Shown here piece by piece: positions 1 through 12,309 of a stretch of DNA of 64,000 bases. Position numbers and translations under genes: made by a program. How positions within the stretch are numbered: the first letter of the stretch is position 1; every line of letters begins with the position of its first letter. The notes beneath the pieces were generated by a model. That model had not been told where the DNA came from. It was given only the letters and a program-made list of their open reading frames with translations, and ran no database searches. The stretch comes from Heptranchias perlo (Eukaryota): assembly GCF_035084215.1 (NCBI RefSeq), contig NC_090337.1:63860001-63924000 (forward strand). The letters run 5' to 3'.

Positions 1-277
1 GGGGTAGGACATTTAGGACTGAGATAAGGAGAAATTTCTTCACTCAGAGGGTGGTGAACCTGTGGAATTCTCTACCACAGAAGGCTGTGGAGGCCAAGTA
101 TTTAAGACGGAGCTAGATAGATTTCTAGACATAGAAGGCATCAAGGGGTATGGGGAGTGAGCGGTAATATGGTATTGAGAGAGAGGATCAGCCATGATCA
201 TATTGAATGGCGGAACAGGCTCGAAGGGCCAAATAGCCTACTCCTGCTCCAATTTTCTATGTTTCTATGTTTCTATT
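1..277 (+). mobile_element. CR1 LINE 3' end (cut by window start)
   Basis: ORF2 C-terminal motif (FFTQRVVNLWNSLP), CR1 3'UTR and (TTTCTATG)n tail at ~252-277. Confidence 0.9.
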
Positions 278-578
278 ACAGAGGGAGCACTACACTGTCG
301 GAGGTGTCGTCCTTTAGATGAGATGTTACCAAGACCCTATCTGCCTGTTCAAGTGGACTTAAAAGATCCCCTGGCACTATTTGAATCGAAACAGGGAGCC
401 CTCCCAGCAAACACTCCACCCTCGACCAAGAAGACAGATCAACTGGTCATGTTGGTGTTTGTGGGACCTTGCTGAGTGCTAAATGGCGGCTGTGCTTGCC
501 TACATAACAACTTTAGAAGTACCTCATACTTGGAGTGCGTTGGATGTAATGATGCTATATAAATGCATGTTGTTTCTT
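278..578 (+). mobile_element. 5'-truncated Deu-domain SINE (SacSINE1/AmnSINE1-like)
   Basis: Core gagggagcactacactgtcggaggtg...gatgagatgtta...aaaagatccc shared with five other copies in the window; L2-type tail gctatataaatgca. Confidence 0.8.
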
Positions 579-762
579 AACCTTCATTATCCAAACAAGC
601 TATGATCCCCGCTATTGTATGGCTTTGGACTCAATAACAATGATAGCCCTGAGACTACAAGAGCAGATGGGTTAAAAACTAAAATGGGACTGGACTGTGG
701 GATATATTCAATGGCCCAGGATGTAAAAGTTTAGCAGCTTCTAGGAAATGGATTCCCTCCAG

Positions 763-1128
763 TAGGGTTGCCAACTCTGGTTGGACGTATTCCTGGAGGT
801 TTCATCACATGACCTCCCACCTTCACACTCCCACCATTGGTCGCCCACCATTGGTTGCCCTGCCATTCCCATGCCAACTGGGAAAGCGAACAACCTCTTC
901 ATTATCCAATTGGGTGATTCTTGACTCTCAGTCAAACAGCCTTTTTTTCCCATCTCCAATATTTTTTTAACTAATAAGCAAAAGTGTTCAGAGAACATTT
1001 TTTTAAAAACACAATTCTTTTTTAATGCCCCGATGATTTTTCTCCTGGGTTTGCTCACAGCAGTGTCCTGGAGATTAATCTTCAATTCCTGGAGACTCCA
1101 GTTCAAACCTGGAGGGTTGGCAACTCTA
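763..1128. mobile_element. Non-autonomous hAT DNA transposon (MITE), 366 bp
   Basis: TIRs TAGGGTTGCCAAC / GTTGGCAACTCTA flanked by a perfect 8-bp TSD CCCTCCAG (755-762 and 1129-1136). Confidence 0.9.
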
Positions 1129-1179
1129 CCCTCCAGTGCACTGGACTGTTTCACCCCAATTTATGCAGGTTTAGCAGCA

Positions 1180-1585
1180 GCAACAACAACAACAACTTGC
1201 ATTTATATAGCGCCTTTAACGTAGTGAAATGTCCAAAGGCACTTCTCAGGAGCGTTATCAAACAAAATTAGACACCGAGCCACATAAGGAGATATTAGGA
1301 CAGGTGACCAAAAGCTTGGTCAAAGCAGTAGGTTTTAAGGAGCATCTTAAAGAAGGAGAGAGAGGTAGAGAGGCGGAGAGGTTTGGGGAGGGAATTCCAG
1401 AGCTTAGGGCCTAGGCAGCTGAAGGCACGGCCGCCAATGGTGAAGTGAAGGAAATTAGGGACGTGTAAGAGGTCAGAATTGGAGGAGAGCAGAGATCTCG
1501 GAGGGTTGTAGGGCCGGAGGAGGTTTCAGAGATAGGGAGGGATGAGGCCATGGAGGGATTTGAAAACAAGGATGAGGTGTTTCTG
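1180..1585 (-). mobile_element. L2 LINE 3' end
   Basis: (AAC)n tail plus cttgcatttatatagcgcc; reverse complement of the L2 3' end at 8800-9255. Confidence 0.9.
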
Positions 1586-2559
1586 GACCAGGAGACTGTG
1601 TAATCCCTGCTGTTTGGAAAGTACAGTAAAAAAAAACAGCACTGCAAAGGAACCTAACCCCCCAGCTCACAACATCAGGCCTGAATGTTGCCTTTTGCAA
1701 AAAAAAGTATCAAGGTGAATGGGGGGGGGGGCAGAAACAGCGGGGAAAACTGGCCAATTCACTGTCAGAGATAAATTAGAGACCCATAAATAGCACAGCC
1801 TGTGATCTGCCAACAACCAAGTGACTTTAGCGCACTTTCCTGCAATTATTCCAACACTGCATCTTAAAATGGAGAGGGGGGGGGGGGGAGAGAGAGAGCA
1901 TGAGGAGTGAATACCGAGGTGGGCAAAAAACGACACTACGCCAAAGCAAAGTTCAAATGCGAGCAGAGCTTGTTTGCTGTTCGAAGACACCCAGAGGCAG
2001 TTTAGATAATCCATCCGACAGACGCAAGCAAAAATGATATATTTGACCTCATTGTGAGTGTATTTTGAGAATTTTTTTATAATGACTGCCATGGTAATAT
2101 TTCACGGTACCTCATGTATAATAAGTGGAAATCACAGGCCTTTATGATAAATTGCCAGGGTAACACAGGGACACCTAGTTTGCATTTCAATATGAGCAAG
2201 TGCCAGATCCTTATTTCATTACTGGCCGACACATCAGTGGATGGATTTTAATTTGCTTGTGGAAGCATGTATCCGTGGAGACCTGGTATGGCCACTGTAC
2301 ATTGGAAAATTCAGTGTCAGACTGTTGAGAGTTCTGAGCTGTCTGAACCCAGCAAATACACTGCTGAATAAACAAAAAATTGCAAGCTGTTGTAACTGTG
2401 AGAAAGACTCCACTCTACGCGAGTGAAATCAAATTACTAAAGAGCATTTTATTGGGTATTTAGGATGGGAGCAGTAACTTTCAGAGCTGGATCCACGGTA
2501 GGGTAGGTCACACACTGTGCGTTTCTACTATTTTAACCAATTTATTCCCCTCCTCCTCA

Positions 2560-2675
2560 GAAAGGTGCTGATTCCCGCTGGGAACAGCCCTCCTGAGGCC
2601 ATGCCCAAGTGCCCACTCACCCTTGTGTGAATCCAGACAGCAAGTGTCAGCAGGCTGCCTGATCAGGGGAGTCGG
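2560..2675 (-). mobile_element. Old tRNA-SINE fragment (AmnSINE2-like 3' part)
   Basis: Reverse complement gcagcctgctgacacttgctgtctggattcacaca...cacttgggc resembles the 19250-19560 element. Confidence 0.45.
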
Positions 2676-3384
2676 GGGTTTACCAGGTGTACAATGTGTA
2701 CCAGGTGTAGAATTTACCACAAATCAAGGATAGTTTCGTTCTCGTTAACAAACGATGCCACGCAACTCCCCTGATTGTTCGCTCGGTAAAGACCAGCCCC
2801 GGAATTTCCCGCCAATTTCCTGCCCAGACAAATGCATTACGGCAACTTCCAGGCATAAAAGATCGAGGAAATTTGGGTGTAAGTGACTTATGCCTGTTCT
2901 TACGCTACACCCGAATTTCCACAATCTTTTACACTGGTTCATCAAGACTTTGTGCCCGTCCCATCATGGCTCATTAACATGGCTCCACCCTCATGGGAAA
3001 ACGCAAACTTCCTGCTATTACGTTGATTCTAAGCAGGCGTAAAAGTACGCACAAAATTTTAGGCGCACAGGGACCAGTAGTCACCTGATCTCAGTATAAA
3101 TCAGCTCTGCACAATAATCAGTTGTGTAGATTATGACAAAACAAACTTAACATTCAGGCAAACTCTTGCCTGATCAAATGTCCACAACAAAACCTCAAGA
3201 ATTCTTTAAAATAAACCATCCTTGAGCAGCCTTTTTAAGAAAACGAGAAATAAATCAATGATCCAACTGGAAAGGTGACTTGTTCACTTGTCGGCTATTA
3301 TGACAGCTGCATAAATAACTTTATGTAAGATTTTATACTGAATGCTATAAAGTAGAGCTGAAACCCTTCAGACAGTGACACTAA

Positions 3385-3555
3385 AGGGTAGTAGAAATCT
3401 GGAACTCTCTCACCCAAACAAGCTGTTGATGCTGGGAGTCAGTCAATTGAAGTTTTTGTTGGATAAGGGTATCAAAGGTCAAAGGTAGGTGCAGATCAGC
3501 CAGGGTTCAACTGAATGGCAGAATAGGCTGAAAAATCCACTCCTGCTCCTATCTT
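3385..3555 (+). mobile_element. Degraded CR1 3' fragment
   Basis: gggtagtagaaatctggaactctct...gatcagcc...tgaatggcagaatagg...ctcctgctcctat. Confidence 0.75.
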
Positions 3556-3759
3556 CCGACTTTCCTGGCAGGCTAATGCGAGTCCCTCAGACCGTTTGCT
3601 GTTAGGAGGGCTTCAATTCAAGGATTCTACAGAGCTACAGATTAAGAGTGAAACACAGCATGCGATGGCTTATTGATGCAGCACATGGTGTACCAGCCAT
3701 CTGTGTTTGTTTTGTCTAGTTCACCGCATGTTTATTTTTCCATTCACACTCACACATAC

Positions 3760-4420
3760 TGGGGTCTAATTGTTGTGCCAGTTTTATGAGCCTAAAACAG
3801 GCACAACCTTACACAATTTAGCAGGGCAGAGGCCTGCGCCCGATCTGCGCGGGAGTCCGGGCCACTGCTAAATTGGCCGGGGCCATTTTTTAGGCGACCG
3901 CCTGGAATTAAGTGCAGGCCTCATTTCAATATTGAAACAAGGCGCCTAGGCTCATTTGAAGAACCAGACTCCGAATTTCATTAGCCCGAGTCAATGCGCA
4001 ATCTCCGACTGCCACTTCCGGATCTTGAACAGCCGGTGCAGCCGAAGGCCGCTCAGAAAAGACCCAAAAACGTTGAAAGTGTTTGCATTTTGTGGAGTCG
4101 GAAGGAGCAGATTCCCGGTTCCACAAAACAACTGCGGACCGTTACTGATCCGCCCACACCCTCTCCTCCCCCACCCCGACCCGTTCGCCTACCGCCCCCC
4201 TGCCACCCCACACACTTACCACTGGGCCTCGACGTGGGGCGAAATTGGTATGGCCCCGACAGGCGATCTGCCTCAGGGCTCCTGATTGGTGCCCGCAGCT
4301 CGCCTGATTTATTCTGGAATCGCTCCTGGTTTGGGGCACTAAAGAATTTGGGCCCATTAACACCGCAAAGGAGAGGATATCCGGACTTGAACTAGACATG
4401 GGAGGTCACTGTCTACCGCT
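3760..4420. mobile_element. GC/CpG-rich non-autonomous DNA element (probably Harbinger-derived)
   Basis: Starts ggggtctaattg; internal palindrome aatttagcag...ctgctaaatt shared with the element at 4668. Confidence 0.5.
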
Positions 4421-4667
4421 AAAAATTACAATATTGCTTGATGACCTTTGAAATGTTCCGTCTGAAACATCGCATCCCTCTGGCCTTCATCTGAAAATGT
4501 GACGCTTGTCGAAAGTTTTTAATGCTCAAAGTAATGGTTTCCCAGAGCTTAAGGTTTATCTGCTTTGTGCCTAGAAGTACAGTTAAACATGAAATGATTC
4601 TTTATTTTGATGTGGAGCCAGAGTCCACAACCAACACATTGAAAAACCATGGCACTTGGCACGTGTA

Positions 4668-5150
4668 GGGTAGAAATTGGTTTTGTGTTACGCCAGTTTT
4701 TCGGACGTAAAACGGGCTTAACTCTGACAAATTTAGCAGTGGAATGGGCTGCGTTCAATCTGTGTGTGGGTGTTTGGACCACTGCTAAATTAGTTGGACC
4801 TGTTTCTCAGGCGTCCTGGACGGCCGCCTAAAACAGACGTTAATCCTCTTGCTTATCTTAATTAGCGGCCTGACGCCCGTTTGTTGATCCTTCTGGGAAA
4901 TTTGTTTTTGATCAGCTTTGTTTAAAAAGTGTTCCCGCAGAGCCAGGAGGAGCAGGAGAGCTTCCCCTTCTCCCCATTTCGTTGCTCGCTCCAACCCTCC
5001 TCCCGGGACCTACCTTCGGGCTGCTGTCAGCGAGGCAAGCGGTCCGATATTCGTCCTCTTCAAATGCGTGAGCAGGGCCCACGAAAAATATGTTAATGAG
5101 GCCCGAGGACCAATTTCAGGCGGGCATCAGACCTACCGGTTGGGGACGTG
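4668..5150. mobile_element. GC/CpG-rich non-autonomous DNA element, related to 3760-4420
   Basis: Starts gggtagaaattgg; aatttagcagtgg...ccactgctaaatt inverted repeat; first ~170 bp similar to 3760-3930. Confidence 0.5.
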
Positions 5151-5329
5151 GCCCTGGTTATGGATTTGAAAATAAGCCAAGGAGAGGCAGAAAGACATCT
5201 ACACCAGTCAGTGTGTGAAAATCAGCTCGTCAGCATTTTAACCATAAAGAAAGTTGTACGCTGGAGAGGTTTGGGGTAACATGATTATCTGGAAAGATAA
5301 TGATGAAAGATCATAATGAAGACTGAGAC

Positions 5330-6148
5330 CATCCCCGCAATGCCTCAACTGTCTCCTTCCTCCCCTTGCTCCTAACCTCTCCCCTAGTTCCTTTCCAACC
5401 AATCTTGCACTCCTGCTCTTCTGCAGTTCCCCCCAACCCACCACTGTGCTCTCCAAACTCATCTCACCCTCAAAACCCAACATTTTCTCTCTCAATCCCC
5501 TCCCCACTCAACTCCTACTCACTCAATTGCCTTTCCTAGCTGCTGTACCAACTGACATCATTAGTTCCTTCACCCCTTTCCTCTTCAAAACTACTGTCAT
5601 CGTCCCCATCCTTTAAAAACCCATTCTTGACCCATCTGTCCTCTCTATTTATCACCCCCTGTCCGACTTTACTTTCCTCTGCAAGGTCCTTGGACATGTT
5701 GCCGCCTCCCAACTCTGTGCCCATCTCAGTCAATAATCCCCATTTAAGCCCACCCATCTTCCATCCCTCTCACAGCACTGAAACAGCCCTTGGATGTTTA
5801 TCTTCTGTAAGTGGGATCATGGTGCCCTCCTCGACCTATCTGTGGGTGTAACACAGTTGATCATGCCACTCTCCTCTAACTCCTTTCCTTCACTGTCCAT
5901 GTCCATGGGGCAGCTCTTGCATGGTTCCAACCTGACCTATTCAAACAGAACCAACTCATCTCCATCAATAGCTTCTCTACCCTCCCCTGCAATGTCACCT
6001 CTAGAGTCTCCCAAGGATCTATCCTTGGTCCCCTCCTCTTCCTGATCGACATACCGCCACTTGGTGAGATCAGCCTCAGGCAAGGGTGAGCTTCCACAAG
6101 TATGCTTGTGATGACACCCAATTCTACCTCTTGGCCTCTTGATTGCCT
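5330..6148 (+). mobile_element. Decayed L2 LINE RT fragment
   Basis: C-rich strand, similar to the L2 at 7656-8300 (LLDLS motif, gagtctcccaaggatc). Confidence 0.75.
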
Positions 6149-6149
6149 T

Positions 6150-7655
6150 AGATTGCGAATAATGACCATAATATGATTGAATTTGATATAAGGTTTGATA
6201 GAGAGAAGCCAGTGTCACAAGCCAAGATTTTAAATTTAATTAAGGCAAACTTCCAAGGGATGAGAAATAAATTGACCACAGTAAACTGGACTGAGCTAAT
6301 ACGGGGTAAACCTACAGACAAACAGTGGGAAGTTTTCAAGGAAGTTTTTGGTAGAATACGAAACCAGTACATGTCCCTAAAAGGCAAAGGCAACACTCTT
6401 GTAGTTAAGCAATCATGGCCAACAAATGAGGTAAGAGGCAGTATTAAGCTGAGAGAAAAGGCTTACACAAATTCCACAAACAGTGGAAATCCAGCAGATT
6501 GGGAGAGCTATAACAAACAACAAAGGGATACAAAGAAAGTAATGAGAGGTGCAAAAAGGGACTATGAACAAAAAATTACAAGCGATATCAAACGTAACAG
6601 TAAAAGTTTTTATAACTATATTAAGAGAAACAGAGTAGTAAAGGGGAATGAGGGCCCATTAAAGGCAGATGCAGACGATACTTTAATGGATAATAGGGAA
6701 ATGGCAGGCCTGTTAAATGAATACTTTGTATCCATTTTTACAGTGAAGAATGAGGACAAAATACCAGTGGTACAAGGGAACCTAAAAAGAAGTCAAGGTG
6801 AGGAACTTATTGGATTTAATATGTTAAAAAATTGGTCATGGAGAAAATAATGGGACATAAGATAGACAGATCTCCAGGACGTGATGGTTCCCACCCTAGG
6901 GCACGAAACGAAACAGGTGGAGAAATTGCAGATGTGTTAGTCATAATTTTTCAAAACTCTCGACATTCAGGATTGTGCCTTTGTATTGGAAAATTGCAAA
7001 TGTCATTTGATTATTTAAGACAGGAGGAAGGGAGAAACCAGGAAACTACAGACTTGTCAGTTTAACATCAGTTGTGGGGAAGCAACCTTGCAACATGGGT
7101 TGGAAATTGGTTGGGAGGTAGGAGACAGAGTGGGGATAAAGGGAATGTACTCTGACTGGTGGGATGTGATAAGTGATGTTCCCCAGGATACTGAGGCCTC
7201 AGCTTTTCACCATATACATTAATGACTTTGAAGAAGGAATAAAGAGTTGTATATCCAAGTATGCAGATAACACTAAGTTAGGAGGAACAGTAAGTTGTGT
7301 GGTCGATACCAGAAAGTTACTAAGGGACTAAGGCAGACAATTTTGTGAGTGGGCAAAATTGTGGCAAATGGAGTTCAATGTGGGAAGTGTGAGAAATCAG
7401 AATAGTTTCTTAATGGCAAGAAACTAGGAACTGTGGAGGAGCAAAGGGATTTGGGTGTCCAAGAACACAAATCACTAAAAGCTAGTGCACAGGTACAAAA
7501 AGTAATCAAAAAGGCTCTTGGAATGTTGGCCTTTAACTCAAAGGGGCTGGAATACAAAGTGAGGAAGTTAAGCTTCAGTTGTACAGAGCCTTGGTCAGAC
7601 CCCATCTGGAGTATTGTGATCAGATTTGGGCACCGCACCTCAGTAACGCCTTAGA
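6150..7655 (+). mobile_element. CR1 LINE ORF2, 5' part (interrupted by L2)
   Basis: ORF 6173-6850 (KSFYNYIKR...LNEYFVSIFT), SPGxDG motif, frameshifts and an internal deletion. Confidence 0.9.
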
Positions 7656-9255
7656 CCACCCAACTTCCCTTCCTGGCCCCCATGTTAGCTGATATTGTTA
7701 ACAGTGCCTTCTCCTCAGGTACTGTCCCCCTCCTCTTCAAATCTGCTGTCACCACCCCCCTCCTCAAAAAACCCACCCTTGACCCCTCTGCCCCATCTCC
7801 AAACTCCCTTTCCTCTCCATAGTCCTTGAACGTGTTGTTGCCGCCCAAATCTGTGCCATCTTTCCTGCAACTCCATATTTGAACCTCTCCAATAAGGTTT
7901 CCGCCCCTGCCACAGTACTGAAATAGCCCGTATCAAAGTCACAAATGACATCCTATGTGACTGTGACGATGGTAAACTATCTCTCCTCGTTCTTCTCGAC
8001 CTGTCAGCAGCCTCTGACACGGTTGACCGCACCATCCTCCTCCAACGCCTCTCCTCCATTGTCCAGCTGGGTGGGACTGCGCTCGCCTGGTTCCATTCTT
8101 AACTACCCAGTCATAGCCAGAGAATCACCTGCAATGGCTTCTCATCCTGCTCCTGCACCATTACCTCTGGAGTCCCCCAAGGATCTATTCTTGGCCCCCC
8201 CTCCTATTTCTCATCTACATGCTGCCTCTCAGTGACATCATCGGACAACACTCAGATTCCACATGTACGCTGACGACACCCAGCTCTACCTCACAACCAG
8301 CTCCCTTGACCCCCTCCACTGTCTCATTTGTCACATTGCTTGAGCAATGTGAGGTGCGGTGCCCAAAACTGAACACAGTACTCCAGATGAGCAAAAATTT
8401 CCTCCAACTAAATACTGGGAATACCAAAGCCATTGTCTTTGGTCCCCACTGCAAACTCCGTTCCCTAGCCACCGACTCCATCCCTCTCCCTGGCCACTGT
8501 CTGAGGCTGAACCAGATCATTTGGAACCTTGGTGTCCTTTTTGACCCTGAGATGAGCTTCTGACAACATATCCGCTCCATCACCAAGACCGTCTACTTCC
8601 ACCTCCGTAACATCTCCCGTCCCCGCCCCTGCCTCAGCTCATCTGATGCTGAAACCCTCATCCATGCCTTTGTTACTGCCAGACTGGACTATTCCAATGC
8701 TCTCCTGGCCGGCCTCCCATCTTTCACCCTTTATAAACTTGAGCTTGTCCAAAACTCTGCTGCCTTTATCCTAACTCGCACCAAGTCCCGTTCTCCCATC
8801 ACCCCTGTGCTCGCTGACCTACATTGGTTCCCGGTCCAGCAACGCCTCGATTTTAAAATTCTCATCCTTGTTTTCAAATCCCTCCATGGTCTCGCCCCTC
8901 CCTATCTCTGTAACCTCCTCCAGCCCCACACCCCTCAGAGATCTCTGCACTCCTCTAATTCTGGCCTCTTGCGCATCCTCGATTTTAATCGCTCCACCAT
9001 TGGGGCCGTGCCTTCAGCTGTCTAGGCCCCAAGCTCTGGAATTCCCTCCCTAAACCTCTCCGCCTCTCTACCCCTCTCTCCTCTTTTAAGACGCTCCTTA
9101 AAACGTATCTCTGTGACCAAGCTTTGGTCACCTGTCCTAATACCTCCTTGTGTGGCTCAGTGTGAAATTTTGTTTGATAATCGCTCCTGTGAAGCACCTT
9201 GGGACATTTTACTACGTTAACGATGCTATATAAATGCAAGGTGGTATTGTTGTTG
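7656..9255 (+). mobile_element. L2 LINE (RT to 3' tail) nested in CR1
   Basis: YADD-coding tacgctgacgac, LHWFPVQQRLDFKIL motif, (TTG)n tail; TAGA repeated at both junctions (7652-7655, 9256-9259). Confidence 0.9.
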
Positions 9256-9705
9256 TAGAGGGGGTACAGTGCAGGTTCACTGAAATTATACCAAGGCTTA
9301 AAGGGTTAAGTTATGAGGACAGGTTGCATAAACTTGGCTTGTATTCCCTTCTGTTTAGAAAATTGAGGGGTGATCTAATCGAGGTGTTTAAAATGATAAA
9401 AGGATTTGATAGGGTAGATACTGAGAAGCTATTTCCTCTGGTGGGAAAATGCAGAACAAAGAGGCACGATCTTAAAAAATTCCTTTAGGAGTGAAATCAG
9501 GAAGCATTTTTTCACACAAAGGATAGTGGAAATCTGGAACTCTCTCCTCCAAAAGGCTGTTGAGGCTGGGGGTCAATTGAGATCGAGGGTATCAAGGGAT
9601 ATGGAGCAAAAGAGGGTAAATGCAGGTGAGGTAGAGATCAGCCCTGATCTAATTGAATGGCGGAGCACGTTCGAGGGGCTGAATGGCCTCCTCCTGTTCC
9701 TATGT
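9256..9705 (+). mobile_element. CR1 LINE 3' part (continuation of 6150-7655)
   Basis: Resumes at EGVQCRFT...LRGDLIEVFK and ends with the CR1 3'UTR. Confidence 0.9.
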
Positions 9706-10119
9706 TGTTTCCACTGATTGATGAGATGGGCAATGAGAGGACACAAATAGATAATCACAAAAAGAATTAAAGAGGGAGGAGAGAAGACAAAACTTTACAC
9801 AGGTGATTAGAATCTGAAATTATCTCCACAAATCGTTGAGGAGCAAAGTCCATAAATTCTTCTGAAAGGCAATTAGTTGCAGTAAAATGGGATCAGACTA
9901 GATGGCTCATGTCGAAACAAACATTAGTGCAGCTGAATGACCAGATTCTGTGCTATAATTCTACATTTATTCATATGTGCGTGCATTTTTCAAGAACCAA
10001 ACAGAAGCCACTTCCTTCACTATCTAGAATCAAAGAATGTTGTCCCTGTAAACATGTCACACTGAAAGTTGTAAACAATTTTACAACACCAAGTTATAGT
10101 CCAGCAATTTTATTTTAAA

Positions 10120-10158
10120 TTCACAAGCTTTCGGAGGCTATCTCCTTCCTCAGGTGAA
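10120..10158 (-). ncRNA. Minimal type I hammerhead ribozyme motif
   Basis: Minus strand reads TTCAC CTGAGGA A GGAG ATAGC CTCC GAAA GCTT GTGAA. Confidence 0.7.
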
Positions 10159-10173
10159 CGATGTGGAAAATCG

Positions 10174-10212
10174 TTCACCTGAGGAAGGAGGTAGCCTCCG
10201 AAAGCTTGTGAA
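10174..10212 (+). ncRNA. Minimal type I hammerhead ribozyme motif
   Basis: TTCAC CTGAGGA A GGAGG TAG CCTCC GAAA GCTT GTGAA: helix I, CUGANGA box, helix II, GAAA box, palindromic stub helix III. Confidence 0.75.
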
Positions 10213-10554
10213 TTTAAAATAAAATTGCTGGACTATAACTTGGTGTTGTAAAATTGTTTACAATTGTCAACCCCAGTCCATCACCGGCATCTCCACACTG
10301 AAAGTTAGAAGGGGTAACAGCATCACCTAGTGTTTGGAGGACTGAAAGACAAGTATAATGGTAAATTTGGGGAATAGTTAATTTAAGTTAATTTTAGGTA
10401 TAACCAGGCAATACCAAAGCATGACAAACATAACAAAGGTATGACACAAACATGACAACATTGCGACACAGGAAATAAGGGAAGGCTATACAGTTGTAAG
10501 ATTTTTAATATATTTGATGATCTAGCTCATTGCGCACAGGAAGTCAAGAACAAG

Positions 10555-11325
10555 TAGAATCATAGACTATTACAGCACAAAAGGAGGCCATTCAGCCCAT
10601 TGTGTCTGTGCCGGCTCTTTGAAAGAGCTATCCAATTAGTCCCATTCCCCTGCTCTTTCCCCATAGCCCAGCAATTTTTTCCTTTCCAAGTATTTATCCA
10701 ATTCCCTTTTGAAAGCTACTTTTGAATCTGCTTCCACCACCCTTTCAGGCAGTGCATTCCAGATCATAACAACTCGCTGCACAAAAAAAATTCTCCTCAT
10801 CTCCCCCACTGGCTTTTTTGCCAATTATCATAACACTGTGTCCTCTGGATACCAATCCTCTTGTTAGTGGAAACAGTTTCTCCTTATTTACTCTATCAAA
10901 ACTCTTCAGGGTTTTGAACACCTCTATTAAATCTCCCCTTAACCTTCTCTGCTCTAAGGAGAACAATCCCAGCTTCTCTGGTCTCTCCACATAACTTAAG
11001 TCCCCCATCCTTGATACCATTTACCATTCTAGTAAATCTAATCTCTGCACCCTCATCAGGCCTTGACATCCTTCCTAAGGTGTGGTGCCCAGAATTGGAC
11101 ACAATACTCCAGCTGGAGCCTAACCAATGTTGTATAAAGGTTTAGCATAACTTCCTTGCTTTTGTACTCTATGCCTCTATTTATAAAGCCCAGGATCCCA
11201 TGTGCTTTTTTTTAGCATCCTCATTAACTTGTCCTACCACCTTCAAAGGTTTGTGTACGTAACACCCCAGGTCTCTCTGTCCCTGCACCCCCTTTACAAT
11301 TGCACCATTTAGTTTATATTGCCTG
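10555..11325 (-). mobile_element. CR1 LINE 3' portion
   Basis: ORFs 10636-11102 (LRGDLIEVFK, RVVMIWNALPERVVEA); tail tagaatcatag. Confidence 0.9.
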
Positions 11326-12309
11326 AAGTGTAGTCTTCAGGGCTGGAGGCTGGAGGAGATTTGGACCAGGGCATGCGGACGTAGTTCAGTTTTCATTTTA
11401 AGGTCATGCATTCTGACTTTATTTTTACATTTCTGAATATAGATTCCTAAGTTGACGTTTATAAGGGAAACTGCCTCTGTAAACTGGTCACATTGTAATT
11501 AGACCACCCTACCAGTGATGGCGCTGCAGCACCTCCACTGTGGGGAGAGTGCAATTACAGGATAAGTTTACATAGGCACTTTACAATATAAATGAATCAA
11601 TAGGAATTGATAATGGAAAAAAGTTGAGCAGAAACATATGCAGACATTAGATTTTAAGGGCTGCAATTCCACCGCCCCCTCCCCCCACACTTTGCAAGAT
11701 CCCAGCATGAAGCCCGTTGTGGACTAGCAGATCAAGCTCTATAATTAATTAGAGTCTACCCTGGAAAATCACGAGAAGGCAGCAAATATTAAATCGTTTT
11801 TGTGCTGGGACTGGGAAGTGTTATCTCTGGAAAGGCCTGCCAGGGTGGTGAAAGCGGGCATCAATCAAGAAAACACAGAGCTGCTGGAAAGCCAGCTGTT
11901 AGAGATTGGCAGGAAGTGGGTAAGGACTAACGACAGGTAGATCGAAGTGTCAGCCCCTGGGGGTTTGTGGAGGATTAGTGTAAAACCATGCGGGTGGTCT
12001 GGGGAGAACCAGGAAATCCCTGTATTATTGTCAATGTACAGGAGAAAGGTAAGGGGACAAAGGGTTAGTATAAAGCACAAGGTGTGGGATACTTGGCCTC
12101 TAATATTTACAGAGATAATCTTAATATGCAACATATTTAATGTTGATATCTCTCTTATGGCCCCTGTCCAGCTGCTCTATGAGCAACAACATGGGAGATT
12201 TTATCAAAAAGCCCACTCTCAGTACTACTATCCTGCCCTGAGTACTTCCTGGGCCAGCCCTAAAATCTCTACATGTCGTGACAGTGTTCTTGTACAGTGT
12301 AGCTGATGT

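Larger units (their letters stand above)
10071..10293. mobile_element. Penelope-like element terminus, inverted (palindromic) arrangement
   Basis: ~94-bp arms 10069-10162 / 10170-10263 with one mismatch; flanked by 13-bp direct repeat CACACTGAAAGTT (10058-10070, 10294-10306); same sequence recurs at 58169-58260. Confidence 0.85.

Noticed and set aside
3760-5150. CpG-island promoter
   Set aside because: The CpG-rich blocks resemble each other and have internal inverted repeats typical of non-autonomous DNA elements; no adjacent exon was found.
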